Below, one piece after another: positions 9,516-17,945 of a stretch of 33,073 bases of DNA. Position 1 is the first letter of the stretch; every line of letters begins with the position of its first letter. The translations under genes and the position numbers were made by a program. The stretch comes from a virus (lineage: Duplodnaviria; Caudoviricetes): the IMG/VR virus record IMGVR_UViG_3300016476_000218, positions 1 through 33,073 of that record. One strand, 5' to 3'. Below the pieces are notes generated by a model. It worked only from the letters and a program-made list of their open reading frames with translations. It made no database searches and was not told the DNA's origin.

Positions 9516-10187
9516 ATGAATATTTACGATCATCAAGGTCGGTTCTTAGAAAATCGCTATACACGTTGGTATTATGCGATCATAGCCCAAGCAAAAGATC
9601 GCACTACAAGTCAATACACTGAATCACATCATGTGCTGCCTCGCAGTATGTTTCCAAATTTACATTCCAATTCAATAAACAGAGTAAATTTAACAGCCAA
9701 AGAACATTTTATCTGTCATTGGTTGTTGACTAAAATGGTTCACTTACCTGATGACGTTAAGAAAATGTGGCATGCATTTTGGGCAATGAGTATGGATCGT
9801 GACCGCAAACGACACAGAATACCTGTTAGACTTTGGGTTAAATTAAGAGAACAGCGCGGTATAATAACTGCTGAACAAAATCGTATGCGGATTTGGACTG
9901 AGGAAAGTAAGGAAAAGATACGTCAGTTTAATAAGAGCAGGAAGCAATCTGAAGAATCAAATGCTAAAAGATCTGCTAAGTTAAAAGGCAGAACCTTATC
10001 CGAAGAACATAAGGATAAGTTAAGAGTTAAGAAAAAACCTTTTAGTGAAGAACATAAGAAAAAGCTAAGTGAAGCTAAACTTGGAAAGAAGAGATCTCGC
10101 CACAGTGAAGAAACTAAAGCTAAGATGCGGGAGACGTGGGCTAAGAAGAAAGGGGAAAGTGCTGCACACACTCTCCCCCAGGTATAG
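9516..10187 (+). mobile_element. Free-standing HNH homing endonuclease with NUMOD3-like DNA-binding repeats
   Basis: ESHHVLPRS...NRVNLTAKEHFICHWLL HNH core, followed by repeated SEE(H/T)KxK(L/M) basic motifs. The ATG at 9516 has an AGGAG SD and is preferred to the GTG at 9459. Confidence 0.9.
10143..10178 (-). terminator. Rho-independent terminator of the AAA ATPase gene, lying inside the 3' end of the HNH ORF
   Basis: Minus-strand RNA GGGGAGAGUG-UGUGCAG-CACUUUCCCC followed by UUUCUUCUU. The stem is fully paired (one G-U) only on the minus strand. Confidence 0.75.
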
Positions 10188-10222
10188 GTGCTATTTTTTG
10201 TTAGCAGGAGGTTAGCACCTAT
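10184..10222. repeat. 10-bp inverted repeat between convergent stop codons
   Basis: ATAGGTGCTA (10184-10193) and TAGCACCTAT (10213-10222). Confidence 0.6.
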
Positions 10223-11325
10223 TACTTCTGCTGCACTGCTGCCAAAACGTAAGGTCCCACCTTGCGATTAAACTCCGCAAAGTTCTTCAGTTTGGTAGCC
10301 TTGAACTGGAGTTTGTAGTTAACCAAGCAGCTATGTGCTAGCATGACCTGCATTTCCACATCAAAATTATCCATCATGAAGCGGAACACATTGTCCACCT
10401 GTTCATGCCAGGCATCATTGTCTTTAATGCCAATCTTGTCGTATGAGTCCTTGAGCTCATAGCACAGTGCAACACTGAGCGCATACATTGCGCTGATGTC
10501 CTTACGCTTGAGCTCCTTGACCTTACCAGCAAGGATAAGTTCAGGCTTGGGCATGTCCGCGGACACCTTACGGTGTGCTGCAAACTTCAGTGCAATACCC
10601 TCACCAACTGTACCTGCAACAAGGTCAGTAAGTTCGCTCTCGTTCATTTCCACACGCAGCAGGTCGCTAACGAACGTCCAGCTACGCGGAGTAGCAAACG
10701 CTTGTGAACTGTTCTTGGGATCAAAGTTGAACAGGTCAACCTTGTGGTGCGATAGATAACCAACAACGTCCGCATGCACTTGGTTGTCAATAGCCCACGA
10801 CAGCCAGCTCTCAAAGTCTGGACGCAGATTAAGATGGATAAAGCGGTTAGCCAGCGGGCTAGGCATGCGGTATGTAACACCGCGGTCAGTGTCACGGTTA
10901 CCAGCAGCAATAACCACGCAATTATCCGGCAACTCGTAAGTACCAACCTTACGGTTGAGAACCAGCTGATATGCAGCAGCCTGTGTAGCAGGCGGAGCGG
11001 AGTTCATTTCATCAAGGAAAAGGAAAGTAATTGGATATTGTGCAGCTTCTTCCTTAGTGGGAAGGTCGGGTGGGGACGACCAAGTAGCGTTGCCGCTAGC
11101 AGGGTTGTAGTAAAGCACACCCTTAAGATCTGACGGATCCATAAGTGCAAGACGCAAGTCATACAACTTGCCCTGCATGCTGTCGCAAATAGCAGCGACC
11201 AATTCTGACTTACCAATGCCCGGAGGTCCCCAAAGGAACACAGGGCGCTTCTTCTTAACGCAAACTGCGATTTCGTTTTTGGCATGTGCCAAAGTTACTG
11301 TACGGTGTTCTGTTAGTGCAGACAT
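10222..11325 (-). CDS. MoxR-like AAA+ ATPase
   Basis: Walker A GPPGIGKS, Walker B LFLDE, AAGN sensor and LANRF arginine finger; AAGGAGG SD. Confidence 0.93.
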   Translation of the reverse strand: MSALTEHRTVTLAHAKNEIAVCVKKKRPVFLWGPPGIGKSELVAAICDSMQGKLYDLRLALMDPSDLKGVLYYNPASGNATWSSPPDLPTKEEAAQYPITFLFLDEMNSAPPATQAAAYQLVLNRKVGTYELPDNCVVIAAGNRDTDRGVTYRMPSPLANRFIHLNLRPDFESWLSWAIDNQVHADVVGYLSHHKVDLFNFDPKNSSQAFATPRSWTFVSDLLRVEMNESELTDLVAGTVGEGIALKFAAHRKVSADMPKPELILAGKVKELKRKDISAMYALSVALCYELKDSYDKIGIKDNDAWHEQVDNVFRFMMDNFDVEMQVMLAHSCLVNYKLQFKATKLKNFAEFNRKVGPYVLAAVQQK

Positions 11326-11352
11326 ATAAACCTCCTTAATGTCTATGTTCTT

Positions 11353-11380
11353 ACTATAGCGTATTATGCTAAGTTGTCAA
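11353..11380 (-). promoter_or_regulatory. Sigma70-like promoter for the AAA ATPase
   Basis: TTGACA (11375-11380), 16 nt spacer, TATAGT (11353-11358). Confidence 0.7.
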
Positions 11381-12008
11381 CCTTAAATTTGACATAGTTC
11401 AGCATGGTAGTATTGGACTCAACGTGCTTACGCACACGAGCGCCCATTTGGACTTTGGCTCCAACAGCCACTTCATCGCCACCTGGAAAGTTAACCAAAT
11501 TACCTTCGGATGTAATGCCCGTATAGAAGTGACGTCCATACTTTACTGAATAGATTTTGCTGATGATTTCCACAACCAAATCTACTCTGTCCCCAATCTT
11601 GCCAAAATGCTGGCTGCTAACTGAGGCTTGTTCACGCTTCTCTGTGGCTTCATCACGGCTAACACTGCGATAATAAGCCTGAGGAACGCTGGCAATTAGT
11701 CCAAAGTTTTTGTAGTCTGTGCGTCCAACTGAGGGACGGTTAACAGCATCCAAAATGCCCTGCCAATACGGGGTTAAATTACCCGAAATCAGCTCCATCA
11801 TTTTGGTTTGACAGTAAGCAATAATTTGGTCAGCCTTGGCTGTATAATTTCTTAGGTCTTCGCCCTTTTCCAAATACTCAGCCATCATGCGGCTGTTTTT
11901 GGTTTTGGGGCTCCAGTCCCTGCTGCCAATGAATCCATCGTTGGCTTCATGTGCTTTAATAGCAGCAGCCAACAGCATTTGAATGGGATATTCTGTTGCG
12001 TTTGTCAT
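11364..12008 (-). CDS. Hypothetical protein with probable C-terminal OB-fold
   Basis: 214 aa ORF; the C-terminal HFGKIGDRVDLVVEI...TMLNYVK has an OB-like beta-strand pattern. Confidence 0.65.
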   Translation of the reverse strand: MTNATEYPIQMLLAAAIKAHEANDGFIGSRDWSPKTKNSRMMAEYLEKGEDLRNYTAKADQIIAYCQTKMMELISGNLTPYWQGILDAVNRPSVGRTDYKNFGLIASVPQAYYRSVSRDEATEKREQASVSSQHFGKIGDRVDLVVEIISKIYSVKYGRHFYTGITSEGNLVNFPGGDEVAVGAKVQMGARVRKHVESNTTMLNYVKFKVDNLA

Positions 12009-12014
12009 ATTGTT

Positions 12015-12043
12015 AATGTATGGCAGGATGGGGATTCTGTCAA
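12015..12043 (-). promoter_or_regulatory. Sigma70-like promoter, leaderless geometry
   Basis: TTGACA (12038-12043), 17 nt spacer, TACATT (12015-12020), 6 nt, ATG (12008). Confidence 0.6.
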
Positions 12044-12369
12044 TACAAAAGATTGATAGATTGGACTAAATCATTTTGGCTTAGGTTCATAGCAAAAGCC
12101 ATTTGGGGATCAAACACTGTTAAACGATTGCGCTGTAGGTGCCAAGGAACGGTGAGCTTTTCGTCCAAAAGCAGCAGGATTTTACCTGTACTGACCATTT
12201 CTTTTTGGATCTCATAGCGCCAGTATTCATACCCAGAACTTATCAGTAAATCACAGGCACGTTGCGTTAAACGAAACCCTCTGCTTTCATTTAAGTTATA
12301 CCAAAACAAAACATAGCTTTTGGCTAGTTCAACAAGATGTGGCTGAGTTTGTGTAGCCTCAGCTATCAT
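12040..12369 (-). CDS. Hypothetical protein
   Basis: 109 aa ORF in operon orientation; start uncertain. Confidence 0.65.
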   Translation of the reverse strand: MIAEATQTQPHLVELAKSYVLFWYNLNESRGFRLTQRACDLLISSGYEYWRYEIQKEMVSTGKILLLLDEKLTVPWHLQRNRLTVFDPQMAFAMNLSQNDLVQSINLLY

Positions 12370-12395
12370 CTCTAATGTCCATTCTTGTTTTGTTT

Positions 12396-12692
12396 TTAAG
12401 ACTTGGGTGGAAATATTTGCGACCCCTGATTTAGAAGAACCACGCTGAACTTGTTGGTCTTAAATTGTGTGTTCAGCTTCTTACATAAATTGATCGCATG
12501 TCCTGGATTTGAGAAAGACACTTTCTTATATTTAGGTCCAGGATATTGGCTAACTAGGCTGGCAGTTTTTAAGTTAATGGGAGCGTTGTCGTAATACACT
12601 GCCCATATACCTTCGCTGGCCAGAACTTGATCTGACTTGTAGGTAGTTCTATTTGCTTGCTCTAGCAATACTTGAGGTTTCGGTCTACTCAT
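12396..12692 (-). CDS. Hypothetical phage protein
   Basis: Likely start is MSRPKP at 12692, downstream of TAAATA (12715-12720, minus strand). Confidence 0.75.
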   Translation of the reverse strand: MSRPKPQVLLEQANRTTYKSDQVLASEGIWAVYYDNAPINLKTASLVSQYPGPKYKKVSFSNPGHAINLCKKLNTQFKTNKFSVVLLNQGSQIFPPKS

Positions 12693-12737
12693 TGATATAC
12701 TCTTTAACCGCAAGTATTTAGCAAGGATTATATGCTG

Positions 12738-12956
12738 CTAGAATTTATCTCCAACCATCTCAACTTCCACTGTGTTTTCACTGATGGTTTTTTCTGCTGC
12801 CTGTAGACGTTCTTCCAGTTCACTGATATACAGCAACATGTCTGCTAGGTCAGCAATATAGTTGTCACACTCTGCTTTGGTCAGCACAATGTTGGTCTTG
12901 GTATGACGAGCTTTTTCAATTAGGTTGCGAATGTTATGTGCATTAAATCGTTTCAT
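12738..12956 (-). CDS. Hypothetical coiled-coil protein
   Basis: 72 aa ORF with a GAGG SD, overlapping the upstream stop. Confidence 0.7.
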   Translation of the reverse strand: MKRFNAHNIRNLIEKARHTKTNIVLTKAECDNYIADLADMLLYISELEERLQAAEKTISENTVEVEMVGDKF

Positions 12957-13419
12957 TATGAATCCTCATCTGCTCCAACATTTCCAACTTGGTCTTGAAT
13001 GGACCTTTAAAAGGATAACGCTGTAGTGTAATCAGTTTAGGACAGAAACTCTTCACCCATCCGCTTTCAAATTGGATAATGTAATAGCCTGCACAATGAT
13101 AGCTGTTGCTTTTGTTGTTCTTAGTATAAACAGGTACCTTCATTTCCACATTCCACAGTGCATTAAATGGCTCTGTGTTGGTAGTATAACCATAGATTTC
13201 GTTAGACTTTTCCTGTTTAAATTCTTTAGACTTCTTAGTAAAACTTACATCATACTTGCCAATGAATTCATCTAGTGTATTGAACTCCAGAGGCTTGTCG
13301 TTAATGATAACCTTTACACGATTATCCTTGACTGCAACTGTGCCTACACGGCTGCCTTCATCGCTTTCTAAAATCCAAAACTTGTTTTCTACAATAGGTT
13401 TGGCTTTGTAATTGCTCAT
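12943..13419 (-). CDS. Hypothetical phage protein
   Basis: 158 aa ORF with an ATGA overlap to the exonuclease gene. Confidence 0.75.
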   Translation of the reverse strand: MSNYKAKPIVENKFWILESDEGSRVGTVAVKDNRVKVIINDKPLEFNTLDEFIGKYDVSFTKKSKEFKQEKSNEIYGYTTNTEPFNALWNVEMKVPVYTKNNKSNSYHCAGYYIIQFESGWVKSFCPKLITLQRYPFKGPFKTKLEMLEQMRIHNETI

Positions 13420-14411
13420 GCTACTTCCTTTGGCAAACTTTTTCCTAGTATTTCTGCAATCTGTGTTGCACTTTGGTTCATACGATCAAGTTCATACTTG
13501 CCGCAGAACTTCATAAAATGTGCACCTACCATTGGTACTCGCTTGGGCACAATAGCCATAAGCTGACTGTCTATAGCAGTCTTGATATCCTCAGGTTGTG
13601 CACGAAGATCAATCAGTGTGCGGTTCTCTTCATAACGATCCAATACACGATGCTCAACGCCTTCGTGATCTGTCCAGCGTTGCAGCATCATATTATTCCA
13701 GGCAAAGCCCTTGCGGTCTTTATCCGCAAAGGCTTCTGTAAGGCCTACTTTTTTAGCAGTACCTTTGGTACGCACGCCTGGATATGCACTCATAACATTA
13801 TCTGTGGGATCGCCCCGCATACACTTTTCAAACAAAATAAAAGCGGGGTCGCCCACAGTCTTATGTTCTTTGGTTTTCTTGTCCTTAACTGGCTGCATCT
13901 TGTCGTCAAAGTAACCATCCAGTGTGATAATCTGGTTAGTTACTCCGTTGTAGATTTTGACATTGGGTTGCAGTAGTTGGTAGAAATCGCTGTCTGTGCT
14001 AGCGATAACATGTTCATCCATGGGATGAAGATCAATCCAACGGGCAATAACATCATCTGCTTCTGCACGTTCGATTCGAACCACGGAGCAATTAGTGTGC
14101 TCATTAAGGAATTTGGTGAATACATCATAGGTCTCCCAGAACAGTTTATCTTCTTCTGCTTCTTTTGAGCTCATTGCTTCACGAGCTTCTGTGCGGTTGC
14201 GCTTGTAACTGTTCTTAAAATCCTTACGCCAACTGCGTGCCTCCAAACAAAAGATCACATGATCTGGGTTGAACAAACGATGCACCTTTAGTAGCGCATT
14301 GAATGTAATATGGAGACTAAGCCCTAGCTTGCTCCAGGTGTCACTACCCCGTGCAGCAATGTGCCGGGCGCGGAAAAACATATTCGCTGTGTCTACTAAA
14401 AGGTATCGCAT
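13416..14411 (-). CDS. 5'-3' exonuclease / flap endonuclease (T4 RNase H-like)
   Basis: LLVDTAN, WRK...YKRNR, EADDVIA, STDSDFYQL and GDPTDNV. Confidence 0.93.
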   Translation of the reverse strand: MRYLLVDTANMFFRARHIAARGSDTWSKLGLSLHITFNALLKVHRLFNPDHVIFCLEARSWRKDFKNSYKRNRTEAREAMSSKEAEEDKLFWETYDVFTKFLNEHTNCSVVRIERAEADDVIARWIDLHPMDEHVIASTDSDFYQLLQPNVKIYNGVTNQIITLDGYFDDKMQPVKDKKTKEHKTVGDPAFILFEKCMRGDPTDNVMSAYPGVRTKGTAKKVGLTEAFADKDRKGFAWNNMMLQRWTDHEGVEHRVLDRYEENRTLIDLRAQPEDIKTAIDSQLMAIVPKRVPMVGAHFMKFCGKYELDRMNQSATQIAEILGKSLPKEVA

Positions 14412-14950
14412 GGTTCTAATATAGCAAGATTTAACGTTCTTGTCAAGTAGTCTAACACTATGTTAGACAGCTCTACATGACCTTGATTGGACAGATGATT
14501 GGTACCTTTTATGAGGTAACTGTTGTTAGCTGCCCATATTTCTGTGCTATAGTGTTCGGTGTTCCAAATCCATTTGTTGCATTTGGGTTTAAATGTTTTT
14601 TTAGTGTTTATAAACGCGGCTAACGGTAATTCCGCACCCCATGCCTCGATTTCGTCAATAAACTGCAAATTCTCATCTGACCACGAAATTATAGGTAATA
14701 AGTCTTTGTTCTTGCTGGCAAATTCTGTGTAAGAATCGCGGATTTGATAAAAAGTGCTTTTTTCAGCCGCGCCACACATAAATCCTGCATGTAAGGACAG
14801 TGCTGTTTTAAAGCCAAAACTAAATGGAAGATTTTTAGGATGGGGACGTGGACCTAATCCACGTTCAAATATATCTTGGTTAGCCCAAGCATATGGCTTC
14901 TTTAACAGAGCGCCTGCTGCAACTTCATCACCGTAAACCAGAACAATCAT
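14396..14950 (-). CDS. Hypothetical protein, degenerate SGNH/GDSL-like
   Basis: N-terminal VLVYGDE (compare GDS) and C-terminal HLSNQGH (compare HPxxxGH). Confidence 0.45.
   Translation of the reverse strand: MIVLVYGDEVAAGALLKKPYAWANQDIFERGLGPRPHPKNLPFSFGFKTALSLHAGFMCGAAEKSTFYQIRDSYTEFASKNKDLLPIISWSDENLQFIDEIEAWGAELPLAAFINTKKTFKPKCNKWIWNTEHYSTEIWAANNSYLIKGTNHLSNQGHVELSNIVLDYLTRTLNLAILEPCDTF
14418..14446 (-). promoter_or_regulatory. Sigma70-like promoter, leaderless geometry
   Basis: TTGACA (14441-14446), 17 nt spacer, TGc-TATATT (14418-14423), 6 nt, ATG (14411). Confidence 0.65.
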
Positions 14951-15327
14951 GAATATTCTGCTTTACCGTCCCCGCTGTCTTTGCGTTGGATATAACGAAC
15001 ATTGTCTGGCATGTTGTTGATTTGCTCGGTAGCAATAGTCTTGCAAACGTCAGTTAACCATTGGTTAACCACATCCTCGTCCTGCACACCAGTATAGCCT
15101 GCTTTACGCAATGCCACAACGAATTCTTCGTTCCAGTCCAATTCCATGCTACCCATTTTTGGATTAGCAGGATCAAAGTCAAAGTTCAACACTTTAACTT
15201 CTGGGCCTGTTTTCTTTGGCTTACGTGGCTTCTTAGCTTTGGGTGCAGCAGCAGGTTTTTCTGTGATCTTCTCTTCTGCACCAAATAACTTATTGAAAAT
15301 ATCTTTAATCATTGATCCTCTTAGCAA
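14947..15327 (-). CDS. Hypothetical phage protein
   Basis: Basic linker, then MELDWNEEFV...GY...W. The start is probably the ATG at 15312, after AGAGGA. Confidence 0.7.
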   Translation of the reverse strand: MLRGSMIKDIFNKLFGAEEKITEKPAAAPKAKKPRKPKKTGPEVKVLNFDFDPANPKMGSMELDWNEEFVVALRKAGYTGVQDEDVVNQWLTDVCKTIATEQINNMPDNVRYIQRKDSGDGKAEYS

Positions 15328-15743
15328 CCGGGAGCGTATTGGGGAACCCAGTTAAATCCGTTCCAGTAGCGTCCAACAATAACAGGCTGACAAGCAGGCA
15401 CAGGAGGAGCATAAGCGCCGCCTCCCCAATATGGCTGTGCAGGATACGCATATGATGGTTGAGCAGCAAGAGCGCCTAAGACTGCGCCAACTGCCAATCC
15501 GCCAGCAGCCCAGGCAGCACCGTTACCATTCCAACCACCCCCACGACGTCCGCCGTAATAGTTATTTTGGACATAACGGTTACCGTTATTGCGGTAATAG
15601 TTACCACCCCCGCGATATTGCTGAGCATATCCACCGCGCGGGGCATACCCTTGACCGTTACGACGCTGTTGGGCGTCTGCCATTTCAATGCTGCCAATTA
15701 ATACCGTAGCAGCAGCGGCTATTCCCAAAAGCACCTTACGCAT
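15321..15743 (-). CDS. Signal-peptide, Gly/Tyr/Asn/Arg-rich protein with glycine-zipper segment
   Basis: Start MRKVLLGIAAAA at 15743 with an AGGAG SD; ADA cleavage-like site; RGG/YY low-complexity region; GGLAVGAVLGALA; Pro-rich tail with two Cys. Confidence 0.75.
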   Translation of the reverse strand: MRKVLLGIAAAATVLIGSIEMADAQQRRNGQGYAPRGGYAQQYRGGGNYYRNNGNRYVQNNYYGGRRGGGWNGNGAAWAAGGLAVGAVLGALAAQPSYAYPAQPYWGGGAYAPPVPACQPVIVGRYWNGFNWVPQYAPGC

Positions 15744-15771
15744 CGTAAGCTCCTTGTTTAACTTATACCTT

Positions 15772-15799
15772 ATAATAGCATACTTATAGGGGTTGTCAA
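15772..15799 (-). promoter_or_regulatory. Sigma70-like promoter
   Basis: TTGACA (15794-15799), 16 nt spacer, TGc-TATTAT (15772-15777). Confidence 0.65.
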
Positions 15800-15835
15800 C
15801 CAATATTTTCACCAGCTTTTTCAGCTGGTTAGCCC

Positions 15836-16090
15836 CTAATGTAGCTTGTTTTTACGCTTATAATCCCATAAACTGACCACATTTTCGGGAGATTCTGTTA
15901 AAACTAAGGTAAGATCCTCTTCCGCAGTCCCCTCGAACTCGCTACCACAAAACTCGTATATTTCACTGAGTTGTATAGTTGTGCGTCCCAACTTGATCTG
16001 AGCTTTGATATAAGTGTAAATCATTTGCACAACGAAGTCTATTTCTTCCTCTTCGTCATTAAATGGTATTATAGTTTCATCCTTTTTCAT
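15836..16090 (-). CDS. Hypothetical protein
   Basis: 84 aa acidic ORF overlapping the radical SAM stop. Confidence 0.65.
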   Translation of the reverse strand: MKKDETIIPFNDEEEEIDFVVQMIYTYIKAQIKLGRTTIQLSEIYEFCGSEFEGTAEEDLTLVLTESPENVVSLWDYKRKNKLH

Positions 16091-17591
16091 TAGGCAATTC
16101 CAATTTCATTAGATTGTTAAAATATTCTTTTTGATAATTTTCTAGTAAATTACCTTCTGTTTCCAGTTTGTCTAATTCTTTTGCTTTGGTATTTAATACT
16201 ATGTTAATATCTTTGAACAAGTTAGTTTTTTGTTCCATAATAAATCCTGCATGATATTGCTTGTCTGAATTTTTTCTTTCAAAATCAAACTGTGATTTTT
16301 CTTCTATCAGTTCTTGGTAAGTTAAATCCATTTTATCGTGTTTCCAAATTTGATAGTTATTCTTATCCGAAACAAGTTCATACCCGTACTTTTTATAATT
16401 CAAACTGAATTCGCTGGCATTGATATCATTATCGATATTTTGAAGATCTAATATTTCTGTTCTCCAAGAGTCCAACGGATTATCATCGCTATTGATCCAA
16501 TCTCTTAACTCTTGTATTTTCTTTTTGTTATCGTAAGGTAAACCAATTATGAAACCGCTTACAATTTTTATATTATAATTTTTCCAATAATTATTTTTTA
16601 ACTCATGAATAAATTCAATTTGTTCTCGCGGATGAACACCTTTACCGATTAGTTTTGCATTGTCGTAATCCAAAGTTTCTATACCAAAGCTAGCATTAGT
16701 TAATCCGCTTTCTGCTAAAATGTGTGCCATCTCAGTAAACCGCATGATCAAGTCTAATCGCATGTATGTTATAAATTTAATCTTGAAAGACAATTTACTA
16801 AACACATTGTCATACAGTTCTTTTACTTTTGTTATTGAATCATTATATGTGTCGTCTGAAAAAACATAATTTGTTATTCCAAATTTTTCATAGTTCCAGA
16901 TGAATTCATCGCGAAGAATAGAATAATCTCTTATGTAATCAAATTTCTTTTTGCCGTTCAAAGGAAAATTACAGAATTTACATTTAAAGATACACCCTCT
17001 GCTTATCTCAACAGGTAGAAACTGCTCGTTATTGAACACATCATTTTTTTGAAATACAATGTTGCATGTTCGAAAATTTTTAAATTCTCTGTTAACAATA
17101 ACTTGTGTTTTAATTTCTTCGTTTTTGCGGCATTTATCTGTAAAGTCAACTACTTCTTTATCTGTATGACCTTTTAACAAATAGAAGCCATACTTTTCTA
17201 GATTAAAAGTTCTTACACCTCCTGCAATAAACTTCACGTTAGGATTTATAGATTTGGTGTAATTAATAAATTCGTTAAAGTTTCTATCTATGTTTGAATG
17301 TCTTGAATGAAACAAGACTTCCTCTTCCTTAGAAGAAAAAACCATAGTTCCAAAAATACTTTTTAAAAAAGTATTACTGAACCCTACCCATAGCGTATTT
17401 TTACCTACAAACTTTTTTAAAACTAATTTATATTTTATATTAAAATCGATATCATCTGCTAAATCTACAACTTGAACTGTATATCCAGCTGACCTCAATT
17501 CGGTAGCAATTCTATAAGGCCCTGCAGATTTAACTAATGTGCTTGCACCAGAACAGCCTGCAAAAATTAAACAGTTCACACCTTCATTCAT
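16077..17591 (-). CDS. Radical SAM protein with N-terminal B12-binding-like domain
   Basis: EISRGCIFKCKFC (CX3CX2C), FSDDTYN, FGIET and FIIGLPYD; N-terminal GPYRIATELRSAGY...VGFS. Confidence 0.88.
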   Translation of the reverse strand: MNEGVNCLIFAGCSGASTLVKSAGPYRIATELRSAGYTVQVVDLADDIDFNIKYKLVLKKFVGKNTLWVGFSNTFLKSIFGTMVFSSKEEEVLFHSRHSNIDRNFNEFINYTKSINPNVKFIAGGVRTFNLEKYGFYLLKGHTDKEVVDFTDKCRKNEEIKTQVIVNREFKNFRTCNIVFQKNDVFNNEQFLPVEISRGCIFKCKFCNFPLNGKKKFDYIRDYSILRDEFIWNYEKFGITNYVFSDDTYNDSITKVKELYDNVFSKLSFKIKFITYMRLDLIMRFTEMAHILAESGLTNASFGIETLDYDNAKLIGKGVHPREQIEFIHELKNNYWKNYNIKIVSGFIIGLPYDNKKKIQELRDWINSDDNPLDSWRTEILDLQNIDNDINASEFSLNYKKYGYELVSDKNNYQIWKHDKMDLTYQELIEEKSQFDFERKNSDKQYHAGFIMEQKTNLFKDINIVLNTKAKELDKLETEGNLLENYQKEYFNNLMKLELPNEKG

Positions 17592-17596
17592 TATTT

Positions 17597-17941
17597 TTAT
17601 TCTACCAAATATAAGAAAACCGTTTTGTTTTTCTTATTCATCATTTTAATTAGCTCTTTTGTTCCGCTACTTTGTCCGTCCCATATAGCTAAAAGTGCAT
17701 CTGCTTCATTTGTGATACGTTCATTGCGAACAGCACCCGCTGGACGACCATATAAGTCCCAAGGTGCATCTACGATTTCGCAGGGAATTTCTTTAATAGC
17801 AGCATAATTTTCTGCCAGTGCATCTACACCTTTGGCATTACCAATTATGATTTTAGTGGGTTTAATTTTCGTTGATTCAATAGCACGGGCCAGTGTCCCG
17901 TGATGAGTAATTGACCTAGAACCTGCAACAATCAGTTTCAT
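17597..17941 (-). CDS. SLOG/YspA-like (DUF2493-type) protein
   Basis: IVAGSR, GNAKGVD, AGAVRN and AIWDGQSSGT. Confidence 0.85.
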   Translation of the reverse strand: MKLIVAGSRSITHHGTLARAIESTKIKPTKIIIGNAKGVDALAENYAAIKEIPCEIVDAPWDLYGRPAGAVRNERITNEADALLAIWDGQSSGTKELIKMMNKKNKTVFLYLVE

Positions 17942-17945
17942 AATA

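Noticed and set aside
9890-10140. Repeated GAAGAA...AAG motifs as a CRISPR or DNA repeat array
   Set aside because: They are degenerate codons of NUMOD3-like SEExKxK protein repeats; there is no constant repeat-spacer structure.
15811-15829. 7-bp hairpin ACCAGCT-TTTTC-AGCTGGT as a terminator
   Set aside because: It is intergenic and plausible, but there is no U-tract on the coding (minus) strand; too weak to call.
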